Counted from the stretch's first letter, positions 12,527-24,153 are shown. The stretch: DNA of 64,000 nt from Malacoraja senta (GCA_038087875.1 CM075986.1:33108001-33172000), one strand, 5' to 3'. Program-made: numbers and translations. Notes: a model not told the origin generated them from the letters alone.

Positions 12527-13510
12527 CTCCTCACCCCAGCACCCAGCTACTCACCCCAGCACCCAGCTCCTCAGCCCAGCACCCAGCTCCTCAGCCCAGC
12601 ACCCAGCTCCTCAGCCCAGCACCCTGCTCCTCACCCCAGCACCCTACTAGACCCAGCTCCTCACCCCAGCACCCTGCTGCTCCACCCTGCTCCTCACCCC
12701 AGCACCCAGCTCCTCACCCCAGCACCCTGCTGCTCACCCCAGCACCCTGTTCCTCACCCCCAGCACCCTGCTGCTCACCCCAGCACCCAGCTCCTCATCC
12801 CAGCACCCTGCTGCTCCACCCCAGCACCCTGCTGCTCCACCCCAGCACCCAGCTCCTCACCCCAGCACCCAGCTCCTCCACCCCAGCACCCAACTCCTCC
12901 ACCCCAGCACCCAGCTCCTCCACCCCAGCACCCAGCTCCTCCACCCCAGCACCCAGCTCCTCCACCCCAGCACCCTGTTCCGCACCCCAGCACCCAGCTC
13001 CTCCACCCCAGCATCCAACTCCTCCACCCCAGCACCCAACTCCTCCACCCCAGCACCCAGCTCCTCCACCCCAGCATCCAACTCCTCCACCCCAGCACCC
13101 AGCTCCTCCACCCCAGCACCGTGTTCCGCACCCCAGCACCCAGCTCCGCACCCCAGCACCCAGCGCCTCACACCAGCACCCTGCTGCTGCACCCAGCTGC
13201 TCACCCCAGCACCCAGCTGCTCCACCCCAGCACCCTGCTGCTCCACCCAGCTCCTCACCCCAGCACCCTGCTGCTCCACCCAGCTGCTCACCCCAGCACC
13301 AAGCTGCTCCACTCAGCTCCTCACCCCAGCACCCAGCTGCTCCACCCCAGCACCCTGCTGCTCCACCCTGCTCCTCACCCCAGCACCCTACTAGACCCAG
13401 CTCCTCACCCCAGCACCCTGCTGCTCCACCCAGCTCCGCACCCCAGCACCCAGCACCTCACACCAGCACCCTGCTGCTCCACCCAGCTCCTCACCCCAGC
13501 ACCCTGCTGC
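12527..13510. repeat. GC-skewed minisatellite in the J-C intron (about 15-20-bp units such as CCCCAGCACCCAGCTCCTCA)
   Basis: About 1 kb of degenerate tandem units; the minus strand reads TGAGGAGCTGGGTGCTGGGG. Confidence 0.95.
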
Positions 13511-14440
13511 CAGTATGATGTGTTTTCCAGTCCCTGACCCACCTCCTGACCACACTGGACCATTGATCCAAATTAAACTGCACTCACCACCTGCTGATCC
13601 CGGGATGGAAAACACCATGAGCTGCAAATCTCGCCGCCTGACATTATTGAGCCTCCTGCACGAAACACTCGGCAGCTCAGGCAGCATCTGTGGGGAGAGA
13701 AGCAGATTCACCCTTTCACTTCAGTGCTCTTTCATCAAACTCTTTCAGTACAGTTTCTGACAACCACGCTATTTCCACTTTTATTTGATGGTTTTTTTAT
13801 TTTGTTGAAGGTTTCCACAACCTTAGGACATCTCAAAGCATTTCCCAGCCCATTAATAACAGAGACATAGAGTTATACAGCACGGGAACAGGCCCTTCAG
13901 CTCAGCTCATGCAAGGCAGCCTGATGCCCCATGTATGCTAGTCCCACTTGCCCATGTTTACCTCATGTCTTCTAATCCTTTCCTATCCATGTATCTGTCC
14001 AAGTGTCTTTTAAATGCTGTTATCGTACCTGCCTCAACTGTTTCCTCTGGCAGCCTGTTCCATATACCCACCACCCTGTGAGTGAGAAAGTTCCCCACAT
14101 TCCCATTAAGTCTTGTTCCTCTCATCTACACCTATGTCTTGATTCCCCTATCCTGTGTAAAAGACTGTGCATTCACCCTATCTATTCCCCTCGTGATTTT
14201 ATACACCTTTATAGGATCACTCTTCTGCCTTGAGGTATAAAGGAGTAAAGTCCGAGCCTGCCCTACTTTTCCCTCCAGCTCAGGCCCTCGAGTCCTGGCA
14301 ACATTCTTGTAAATCTTCTCAGCACTCTTCTAGCCTAATGATATCTTTCCTAGAGTAGCTTGATGAAAACTCAACATTGTATTCCAAATTCAGCCTCACC
14401 GATTTCTTGTAACACTCTAGTATAACATCCAACTTCTGAA

Positions 14441-16896
14441 CAGTAAACCCTCATTTTAACGGACCATGGTGTGGGGGGGGATAGTATCCGTTATTGCCGA
14501 ATGTCCGCTTTAAACGAGTAAGGTTTTAGCCATGTATGTAGTTGAAACAAAGAATGCAGATGCTGGTTAATACACAAAAAGACACAAAGTGCGGGAGTAA
14601 CTCAACTGGTCAGGGAGCATCTCTGAAGAAGATCGATAGGTGAGGTGGGGACTCTTCTTCAGATGGATTCAGTCTGCTGGGTTACTCAAGCACTTTGTGT
14701 CGTATCACCTTAAAATCAGGCGCCATTGCCTCTGCTCTGCACCAGCGAGTCCTTCTTCATCCACCGCACGGTCCGGTGACACGGCTGTGGTTGTGGCTCA
14801 CATTGTAGCCTCTGGCTGGCAGTGCTTTCTTCAGGCCGCTGCCACTGACAGGGTGCATGGTCACCATGGGGCACCCTCTCCTCTCACCAGCTGCTGCTTC
14901 CAAGGTGCAGTATGTTGGTGACTCCAGGGAGAAGGAGGAGGAGATGGCGGTGGAGGGATGAGGGGGGGGTAGAGACAGAGTGGACAGAGCGAGGGGAGGA
15001 CGAGGGGGAGATGGAGGTCGAGCAGGGAGTGGACAAAGTGAAGAGCCGACAGGTTGAAGCAGCAGCAGGTGGGAGGGGAGGGAGCCTCATCGTGACCACG
15101 CACGTCCTGTCGAGGACGGCAGCTTGAAGAAAGTGCTCATCTCGGGGGCTCCGTGAGCTGCAACAACAGCAGCATCACGGACCATATGGTGAGTTAAGAA
15201 GGGCTCACTTGTAAGTCGGGGGTGGAGTTGGAAGCCGGGGCTCTAAGCGGTCAGGAGCCATGTGTGGCAGGGTGGTATCAGCAGGTCCGTCCGCTATATC
15301 CTGGATCTGTTATAAAGGGGTCCGTTAAAACGAGGGGTTACTTTTTGTTTTATTTTTGGGCAGTTAACATTAAAAATATGAATTTTTGGTTGGAAGAAAT
15401 AGATCAACAACCAGATTGGTTAAAAATGGAAAAGGAAGATTGCTCACCTTTTGAAATCGGCTCGATACTATTTGCTACTTCTAAATTAAATTAAAAAAAT
15501 TATAGGGAAAATCCTATAATATATAGTACTATGCGAATTTGGAAACAATTAAAAAAGACATTAAAACTAGATAATTTATCACTTTTTCTTCCAATTGCGA
15601 ATAACCCTTTGTTTAAGCCCTCATGGTTGGACAAAGGTTTCACACAATGGAAAAACTATGGAATTAAAAAGATGGGACAACTTTATAAGGAAGGCACTTT
15701 TCTTTCATTTCAGGAGTTGCAACAGATTTATGGACTTCAAGTAAATGATTTTTTCAGATATCTTCAACTTAGAGATTACGTAAAAGCAAATACTCGAAAT
15801 TTTAGAATTAGAAATTCAGAAATATTTGACGACTGTTGGAATAAACATCCTAATACAGAAAAACTAATATCTTATATATATAATATTTTATTAGACAGTG
15901 ATATTCCATTGACGGACTTACACAGACAAACTTGGGAAAAAGAACAAAATCAAATAATAACGAAAGATACTTGGGAAGAAAGTTTACAACACATACATCA
16001 ATGTTCATTAAATGCCAGATATTCTCTAATACAATTCAAAGTAATACATAGGTTACATTATTCTAAAACAAAATTAAATAAAATCTTCCCACATATCTCA
16101 CCAATATGTGATAAATGTCAACATTTAGAAGCTAACTTATCTCATATGTTTGCAAATTGCATAAAAATTAAAAATTTCTGGGTAACTATTTTCACAATAA
16201 TATCTAAAGTGACTAGCATTCAATTGGACCCGGATCCAAAATTAATAATACTTGGAACATTAGAACTAAATCAAACATTTACATCAACTCAAAGAAACTT
16301 TATTGATTATAGTATAATAACTGGGAAAAAATTAATTCTAAAATTTTGGAAAGGCCCTATAACCCCCACAATTAAAATGTGGATTATAGAAATGACGGAG
16401 ACCTTACACTTGGAAAGAATTAGACTTGTCCTGTTGGACAAACAGGAACTATTCGTCGGAACATGGTCTCCCTTTATTGACTATTTAAAGGGTCAGAATG
16501 GTTCAGCACGAGAACCTGACTAACACCCGTGCCAATGAAATGTTATACTCTGAAATGAACGAATATATCTCGAATGAAGTTTTTATCGTAGTAAATTATT
16601 CCATTCTTCTTTATTATCTTTTTGTTTATTTTTTGTTGTTGTTTTTTTTGTTTTTGTTTTTGTTTTTTGTTTTTGTTTTTTTGTTTCTTCTCTTTTTTCT
16701 CTTTCTTTCCTTATTTCATCTATCTTTTTAGTTCTATTTAGGTTTTTTTTAAAGAAAAAAGTATTGGAGACATTGTAATAATAATGGACGATATTAGTAA
16801 TTTAAAAATGTAAGACTGGTATCGATTTTAATATGATATGTATCTACCTCCAATAAAAAAAAATAAAAAAAAATTAAAAAAAACGAGGGGTTACTG
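14441..16896. mobile_element. Non-autonomous Tc1/mariner(pogo)-type TIR element with an L1 inserted in its right TIR
   Basis: Left TIR CAGTAAACCCTCATTTTAACGGACC (14441-14465); right TIR GGTCCGTTAAAACGAGGGGTTACT (15319-15342), completed as ...GTTACTG|TA after the L1. Confidence 0.7.
15343..16879 (+). mobile_element. 5'-truncated L1-clade LINE (ORF2 C-terminus, 3'UTR, polyA)
   Basis: ORF 15531-16523 homologous to the C-terminus of the 17516-20824 ORF including the CCHC-like motif; polyA tail; 16-bp TSD AAAACGAGGGGTTACT (15327-15342 / 16880-16895) at a TT/AAAA site. Confidence 0.92.
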
Positions 16897-17368
16897 TATC
16901 AATTCCCTGACTCATGAAGAGCTTTTTTTACCAACCTATTTACCTGTGACAACGCTTCCTGGGATCTGTGTACCTGTACTCCAAGATCCCTTAGTTGTAC
17001 AACACTCCCCGGGGCCCACCATGAGGAAGGTCCACAACAGGTCAGATCCATCACCATTTGGCCCGGTGGTTGTGGATATGGTCCATCTGGCACCGTACCA
17101 TGTGCGTCCTGACAGCATAGCAGCATAGGCCGGTTTGTCCCTCTGGTTGGCAGAAGTTGCCTCCCCAGTGGCCGGTGTGAGATCAGCATTTAACTGCTTG
17201 GTCATGCATCGTGTGAAAGGGATTGGGAAAGGAACCATTTCTCTGCTCTACCTGGCCTTCTCACAGCCTGAATCACCTGCATTTACTCAGCAATCAGCAT
17301 GAACCTGTTGCACGCGCTGGTAATAATCCATTTACTACAGAACCAACTGTTAATTTATTTACATTTCA

Positions 17369-20300
17369 ATTACGCTGGTAAACATATATGCGCCCAACTT
17401 TGATAACCCTCAATTTTTTAATAAAATTCTGAATATAATTGCAGAATCTAATTATCAAAATGTTATAATCGGAGGAGATTTTAATTGTGTTTTAGATCCT
17501 TATTTAGATAAATCGATGCAAAAACAAAAAGGTCAGACGAAATCTAAAACCAGTGAACTCTTACACACATATATGGAAAACACAAATATAACAGATGTAT
17601 GGAGGATTGCAAACCCGACGGGAAGGGATTACTCGTTTTATTCAATGGTGCATAAAACATATTCACGGATAGACTATTTTCTAGTGGATACAAAATTAAT
17701 TTCGCAATCTTTGAATCCTAAATATCATATTAATGCGATCTCAGATCATTCTCCGTTAACTTTTGTTCTAAAACTAGAAGGAATGTCTATGAATAAACCG
17801 TTCTGGAGGTTTAACTCACAAATTTTAAAAGACCCTCAAGGGAGTATCTATCTAAAAAAACAGATGGATCTATTTTTTGAGTTAAATGATACACCAGAGA
17901 TATCCCCCACGTTATTATGGGAATCCTTCAAAGCATTTATAAGAGGAGTCATTATTTCATTTCAAGCTTATCAAAATAAAAAGAATAAGAATGAACAAAG
18001 ACACTTAGAAGATCAAATAAAACAGTTAGATATAGATAATGCTAAAGACCCAACTATGGATAAACATAATAAAATACTACTACTGAAATTTCAGTTAAAT
18101 AAATTACTGTCAGAGAAAGTTATAACATTATTTCAAATCACAAAACAAGAACACTTCGAATTCGGGGACAAACCCCACAAACTTCTAGCACGACAACTTA
18201 AAAAACGGGAAAAAGAGAATGCAATATTAAAGATTAAATCAGATAGAGGGGAAGTATTAACACTACCCAAGGATATTAATAAAAGATTTGCTCAATTTTA
18301 CCAGAATCTATACACATCTAAAACGTCAATAGACAATAATAAAATCTCAGAATTTTTAGATAATTGTAATCTACCACAATTAGAACGCAGGGAACAAGAG
18401 GAACTGGGAGCACAAATTACTTCTAAGGAGATAGAAGACACAATAAAAACACTAAAAAATGGAAAAACACCAGGACCAGACGGATTCAGTAATGAATTTT
18501 ATAAATCTTTTTATGATATAGTTACTCCACGATTACAAAAAATGTATACATATGCTTATAAAGAGCAAAACCTACCTGAAACACTAGCGGAATCAACGAT
18601 CATATTAATACTTAAAAAAGATAAAAATATAGAAGAACCAGGATCATATAGAGCTATTGCTTTGTTAAATACGGATCAGAAAATAATAGCAAAAACATTA
18701 GCCAATAGATTAAGCAAGTATGTTAGCAGACTAATACATGAGGATCAAACAGGATTTATACCTAAGAGACACTCATTTAATAATTTGAGACGTTTGCTTA
18801 ACATAATGCATTCACATAAATCTTATGACCAAGAGTTAGCTATCATCTCACTGGACGCAGAAAAAGCGTTTGATCAAGTAGAATGGGACTATATGATCAA
18901 AGTATTGCAAAAATTCCAATTGGGAGAAAACTTTATTGCATGGATAAAACTACTATATAACAAACCTACGGCTAGAATACTAACTAATAATATATTATCT
19001 TCAAAATTCGAATTATCTAGGGGCAACAGACAAGGATGTTCACTATCACCGCTGTTATTTGCTTTGGTAATTGAACCCCTTGCTGAAAAAATAAGAACAC
19101 ACTCGAATATTCACGGTTATAACACAAAATATTCAAACAACAAACTATCCCTATATGCTGATGATGTACTACTGTACATCACAAAACCACAAATTAGTAT
19201 ACCAAATATATTAAACTTAATTGAGGACTTTGGATCCTTTTCAGGATATAGAATAAATTGGAACAAAAGTGAAATTATGTCGATTAAACCAAAAGATTCA
19301 ACACATCTCAGGAAATTCCCTTTTAAAATAGCTATGGAAAAATTCAAATATTTAGGAATTGAGATTACTAGAAATTACCATGATATGTTTAAAGCTAATT
19401 ATAATCCCCTACTTAAGAAATTAAATAATCTGATTAAATTTTGGAAAACACTTCCGATGTCCTTAATAGGTAGGATAAATGCTATAAAAATGATTTTCTT
19501 ACCACAAATCCTTTACCTATTTCAATCAATACCTATATATCTCCCAAAAAAGTTTTTCAAAAAACTGGACTCAGACATTACAAATTTTATATGGGATTAC
19601 AAATCCCACAGAATACAAAGAACACACCTTAACAAACGAAAAGAGTTGGGGGGTCTAGCGCTCCCTAACTTTATGTATTATAACTGGGCAGTAAATATTA
19701 AAAATATGATTCACCTGCTGGACAATTCTGCCCAGCAGGTGGACTGGATTATAATGGAAAAAGGGGATTGCTCCCCGAATAATATAGGAGCGATTATTCT
19801 CTCTCCAATAAACTTGAATAATAAAAATTATAATAAAAATCCAATTATATATAGCACTATTAGAACATGGAAGCAAATAAAACAGAATCTAAAATTAAGA
19901 AACCTATCTCTCTTAATACCAATAGTCAATAACCCATCGTTTAAACCTTCAATCATAGATAAAGCATTTATACAATGGGAAAGAATGGGAATTAAAACGC
20001 TCGAAGATCTGTATGAATTAGAAAAATTACTATCATTCCAACAACTACAACTGAAATATAATTTGAAAAATAATCAATATTTTAAATATATACAAATCTG
20101 TGACTATTTGAAAACACACACAAAAGATTATTATAATATGCCTTCCGACTTACTAGATGAAGCAATGAAGACAAAGGCGGAATCAGTTAATTTAATATCA
20201 TACTTATATAATATCATCTTAAATATAGAAATACCCACAACAGATGGAATTAGAAGAGATTGGGAACAAGATCTAGGTATAAAAATTTCAAAAGAGAGTT

Positions 20301-21237
20301 GGGATAATCATTTATTACAGGTGCATAAATGCTCGATCAACGTACGACATACGCTTATCCAATTTAAAACATTACATAGGTTATATTATTCAAAAACCAA
20401 ACTAAATAAAATCTTTCCTAACGTCTCACCAATCTGTGATAAATGTATATGTCAAGAAGCTACCATAGCACATTCTTTTGTTTTTTGTACAAAAATCCAA
20501 AAATTCTGGTTTGAAATATTTGATATTTTTTCAAAATTAATCAAAATAAAACTGGTACCAAAACCAGAATGGATTATTTTTGGAATATCGGAAGGTATTC
20601 CTGAATTAAACGTGTATCAGAAGAATTTACTCAATTATGGGCTAATAATGGGAAAAAAGCTTATACTTAAATTCTGGAAAAATGCGCCCACACCAACAAT
20701 AAAAATGTGGACATCAAATATGTTGGAAACATTACATCTGGAAGAGATGAGATTCCTCCTAGTAGGCAAAGTAGATCAATTTCAAAAGACGTGGTCTACG
20801 TTTTTGGACCTATTACAAGCATGAGGTGCAATAGTAATTTAGAAAAACAAATAAATAAATAAAAGGTATCTGGACCTGGTAATGGGAGGTAAAATAAAAA
20901 TAGACTTGGTTGGTAGTTCCTTCTCTATGAAGTATGGTATAAGAGTCATAATAGAGCGATTGTTCCTTCTTTCTTTCTCTTTTTTTTCTAGGGTCTATTT
21001 TCTAACTTTACTTCCTTCTCTAACCTCTTTTCTAAGGGGCTTTCTTTTCCCAACACTCTTTTGCACTTCACAACCTTTGCGCACTTTCTTCACTTTTCTT
21101 ACTTCTTTCTTTTTCTTTCTTAAAGTTTAAAAAAGTGAAGCGGTACAAAAAATGTATTAATATATACGTGTTGTACATTACTGTAATCTACCGTACTTCT
21201 AAAAAATAAAAAAAATAAAAAAAAAAAAAATAAAAAA
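17369..21237 (+). mobile_element. 5'-truncated L1-clade LINE with uninterrupted ORF2, inserted in the CH1 splice acceptor
   Basis: Starts mid-endonuclease (ITLVNIYAPN); RT with YADD; polyA tail; 8-bp TSD ACATTTCA (17361-17368 / 21238-21245). Confidence 0.95.
17516..20824 (+). CDS. L1 ORF2 (partial APE endonuclease, reverse transcriptase, C-terminal Cys motif), 1102 aa from the first Met
   Basis: SRIDYF, SDH, PGPDG, SLDAEKAFD, QGCSLSPLLF, YADD, YLG motifs; frame open from 17369. Confidence 0.9.
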   Translation: MQKQKGQTKSKTSELLHTYMENTNITDVWRIANPTGRDYSFYSMVHKTYSRIDYFLVDTKLISQSLNPKYHINAISDHSPLTFVLKLEGMSMNKPFWRFNSQILKDPQGSIYLKKQMDLFFELNDTPEISPTLLWESFKAFIRGVIISFQAYQNKKNKNEQRHLEDQIKQLDIDNAKDPTMDKHNKILLLKFQLNKLLSEKVITLFQITKQEHFEFGDKPHKLLARQLKKREKENAILKIKSDRGEVLTLPKDINKRFAQFYQNLYTSKTSIDNNKISEFLDNCNLPQLERREQEELGAQITSKEIEDTIKTLKNGKTPGPDGFSNEFYKSFYDIVTPRLQKMYTYAYKEQNLPETLAESTIILILKKDKNIEEPGSYRAIALLNTDQKIIAKTLANRLSKYVSRLIHEDQTGFIPKRHSFNNLRRLLNIMHSHKSYDQELAIISLDAEKAFDQVEWDYMIKVLQKFQLGENFIAWIKLLYNKPTARILTNNILSSKFELSRGNRQGCSLSPLLFALVIEPLAEKIRTHSNIHGYNTKYSNNKLSLYADDVLLYITKPQISIPNILNLIEDFGSFSGYRINWNKSEIMSIKPKDSTHLRKFPFKIAMEKFKYLGIEITRNYHDMFKANYNPLLKKLNNLIKFWKTLPMSLIGRINAIKMIFLPQILYLFQSIPIYLPKKFFKKLDSDITNFIWDYKSHRIQRTHLNKRKELGGLALPNFMYYNWAVNIKNMIHLLDNSAQQVDWIIMEKGDCSPNNIGAIILSPINLNNKNYNKNPIIYSTIRTWKQIKQNLKLRNLSLLIPIVNNPSFKPSIIDKAFIQWERMGIKTLEDLYELEKLLSFQQLQLKYNLKNNQYFKYIQICDYLKTHTKDYYNMPSDLLDEAMKTKAESVNLISYLYNIILNIEIPTTDGIRRDWEQDLGIKISKESWDNHLLQVHKCSINVRHTLIQFKTLHRLYYSKTKLNKIFPNVSPICDKCICQEATIAHSFVFCTKIQKFWFEIFDIFSKLIKIKLVPKPEWIIFGISEGIPELNVYQKNLLNYGLIMGKKLILKFWKNAPTPTIKMWTSNMLETLHLEEMRFLLVGKVDQFQKTWSTFLDLLQA

Positions 21238-21246
21238 ACATTTCAG

Positions 21247-21555
21247 AGGTTGAGACCTTGCCTTCAGTCCACATCACCTCTTCCTGCAACACAGAATCTG
21301 ACCAAGAGATCAGCGTCCTCTGTCTGGTCAAGGACTACCAGCCTAAGATCATCAGTCAGACATGGTCCACCAGCAGTGGGGACATCACCACTGGAATCAC
21401 AAAGTACCCACCAGTGTTGGGACAAAACAACAAGTACACAATGAGCAGCTTGCTGCGAGTCCCTGTGGCAGATTGGAACAGGAAAAACGTCTACTACTGC
21501 AAGGCAGGATACAAGCCGGACAACATGGTGATAACGGAGATCCAGAAGCCTCAAG
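21247..21555 (+). CDS. IgW: IgW CH1 exon (open; splice acceptor context disrupted by L1)
   Basis: EVETLPSVHITSSCNTESDQEISVLCLVKDY...W...DWNRKNVYYCKAGYKPDNMVITEIQKPQ; AG at 21245-21246, donor GTTAGT at 21556; C1-set Cys/Trp/Cys; closely resembles skate IgX Cx1 as recalled. Confidence 0.93.
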
Positions 21556-22662
21556 GTTAGTATGAGATTTTGTTGTCTATTTAAAGCTGACAATAAAACT
21601 GAAGTGGAAGACTTTGTCGAACAATGTTAGGAGGAAGCAAATTAATTATTTTGCTCATTCATTCTCCTCCTATCAGCCAGAGTGCTGCTGTTCAAGGAAA
21701 AAGACAGTGAGAATTATGTGGAAGGAGATAATGGTGGGGGTGCGGGGGGGGGGGTTCACGGAGGAAGCATCTCGTCTTGATCTGCCTCCATTCTATCCAC
21801 TGCTTTGTCTAATTCCTGCAGCTCTCTACCACCCCAAACACCTCCCTCCAGATCAGCTGCTGTGCACAGAGCCACATCTATTGTGCCCGTGCACAGTGTG
21901 GAGATTTAAACCTTCCTCACTCTTCCTGCACTTTCCTCTTGTCCATCTGACCTCCTTTCTCATTAAACTTAAAGTTGTGTCAGAAGGAACTGCAGATGCT
22001 GGTTTAAAGCGAAGATAGAGGGTAAAAGCTGGAGTAACTCAGCGGATCAGACAGCATCTCTGAGAAAAGGGGTAGGTGACGTTTTGGGATGAGACCCTTC
22101 TTCAGACCATGAGTCAGTGAAAGGGAAAAGAGAGATATAGACGGTGATATAGAGAGATATAGAACTAATGAATGAAAGATATGCAAAAAAGTAATGCTAA
22201 TAAAGGAAACAGGCCATTGTTAGCTGTGGGCTAGGTGAAAACGAGTTACAGACAAAGTAGAGGTGATGACAACTTAAAGTTGTGATTCCCAAACCTCCTG
22301 CCAGTAGAAACAGTTGTCTCATCTGTTCCTGCTCACTGGAACTGGTGATGGCCATGCTGTTCCTGTGTCTGCTCCAGCACACACTGAGATCACGGATGGT
22401 CTGTACGCCACTTACCCACCTCCACCCTTACCACTGCAGAGTGGTCTACACTGCTGGGGAGGCCTGGGTTCTAACCCAGCCTCCCAATCGCAGCTCTGAC
22501 CAGCATCTGACTGTGGGACCCTCCTTATCAACACATCACCGGCATATCACCAGCATTGTGGGGAGGGCTGGTACTGGGACACTTGTCCCAGATGCTGGGA
22601 GAGTGGAGTCCTACACTGTGGCTGAAGGAATCATGTAATAACAGATATTAAATATGTTACAG

Positions 22663-22709
22663 CTCCACAGCTCATCCCCCTTGTTCCATCCCCGGAGGTT
22701 CTCAATCAA
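22663..22709 (+). pseudogene. IgW: 5' remnant of IgW CH2 exon (about 15 codons; rest deleted)
   Basis: Acceptor TTACAG then (A)PQLIPLVPSPEVLNQ, matching the start of skate IgX Cx2 as recalled (APQLIPLVPSPETLHNQ); no Cys/Trp core or 3' end of the domain found before the next exon. Confidence 0.85.
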
Positions 22710-23203
22710 TTCAATTGCAATTTAAGCCAATGCTTTCCACCAGTAATTCTAACTCATTCTACAGGACATGTAGAGAGGAAGGTCACCAGTGTGTTTACTC
22801 TCACTCCTCTAGTCTAGTTGTCTTTGTGTCCAGTGGTAAGAAAATGGGACAGTGAATAAACCACAGGTCCCATCCGATATCTGGAGAATATCTCTCTTCC
22901 CTTCTCACTGTCTTCATTGTGTTAGTTTCTCCAAATCCATCTCTTTACACCCTTTCCTGAGAGTCTGTCCTGTAGATTTCCCTTTCACCCAAATGTCGGT
23001 GCCATGGATTATTTTTGAACTCATCTCCACCCTCTTTAAAGTGTTGTCTGATCCTGGACAAAGTGAAGCAGTTTATCGTGGTCGGCATAATCTCATGCTG
23101 ATAAATACTGAGGACACAGACTGGGAATATGTGGATCTCCTGTTTCCTCAACACAGGAGGTGAAATCTCTTAACATTTAAACCAATGAATCTTCCATTTC
23201 CAG

Positions 23204-23331
23204 GTGGAGAATGTCCCGGCTGTTCGAAGTGTCTGCCGAAGTTCTTCTACCAGAGTAATGTCTATGTGACATTCTCAGATGGTTCTACCCGGCAGTATCA
23301 TTGTTGGGCAGGAAAGTGTGAAATAAAGTAA
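23204..23331 (+). CDS. IgW: Cys-rich short-form secretory tail exon (IgX/IgW-short)
   Basis: Acceptor TTTCCAG, phase 1; GGECPGCSKCLPKFFYQSNVYVTFSDGSTRQYHCWAGKCEIK*; matches the unusual skate IgX-short tail as recalled. Confidence 0.93.
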
Positions 23332-23637
23332 TTGGCTGCGTATGGAATTTGTCATTCTATTATTACAACCCATTTATAAGATTCAAATCCAACCCCTGGT
23401 ATCCATTGGGATCAAAGTGTACCAGAGTGGGGAAAATACCCAATTCAAGCTGCCTCCCTCTCCCCTCCACTCGTTGCCTGTATACTCATTCATTACACAT
23501 CCCAGTGCCACTGGCCAGATTTCTTCATGCTCAGACTCTAGTCAGCAAGGACCACCCAGAGATCGCAAGGTAGGAGATGTTTAAAGTGAACGGTGTGAAA
23601 TGTCAAAGTGGCTCAGTAAAAAATTGGGTGACCCTTT

Positions 23638-23643
23638 AATAAA
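23638..23643 (+). terminator. Candidate polyadenylation signal for the short secretory form
   Basis: AATAAA about 300 nt after the stop; another AATAAA overlaps the final codons (23322-23327). Confidence 0.45.
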
Positions 23644-23806
23644 GACAAACTGGTGAGGCAAGATCCAGGGCTCTAACCGGTCTCCTGTCCTATACTGACT
23701 TTGGGTGAAAACTGTGGTTAGCACAAATTGCCACAGATTTATTAACCCACCTCCTGGACACAGACCTCAGTCCAAAGGAGAAACTCAGGGAATGAAAGGA
23801 ATGTTA

Positions 23807-24153
23807 ATAATAATAATAATGGATTGGATTTATATAGCGCCTTTCTAATACCCAAGGCGCTTTACATCGCATTATTCATTCACTCCTCAGTCACACTCGG
23901 TGGTGGTGAGCTACTTCTGTAGCCACAGCTGCCCTGGGGCAGACTGACGGAAGCGTGGCTGCTAATCTGCGCCTACGGCCCCTCCGACCACCACCAATCA
24001 CTCACACACATTCACACACATTCACACGCAGGCAAAGGTGGGTGAAGTGTCTTGCCCAAGGACACAACGACAGTATGCACTCCAAGCGGGATTCGAACCG
24101 GCTACCTTCCGGTTGCCAGCCGAACACTTAGCCCATTGCGCCATCTGTCGTCC
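23807..24153 (-). mobile_element. tRNA-derived SINE with CORE-like segment and L2-type tail
   Basis: Minus strand: tRNA-like head GGCGCAATGG...GGTTCGAATCC, TCCTTGGGCAAGACACTT core-like segment, AAAGGCGCTATATAAAT plus (ATT)n tail. Confidence 0.7.

Noticed and set aside
12527-13510. CRISPR-like array (also considered for the 20-bp-unit repeats at about 41298-41395 and 60400-60495)
   Set aside because: Units are head-to-tail with no unique spacers, and the DNA is vertebrate.
12470-13537. 355-aa Pro/His/Ser-rich ORF and overlapping Gly/Trp-rich minus-strand ORFs
   Set aside because: They are translations of a stop-free minisatellite; there is no splice or domain evidence.
23807-24153. tRNA genes (also 54095-54170)
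   Set aside because: These are SINE heads attached to LINE-derived tails; no complete cloverleaf or terminator is seen.
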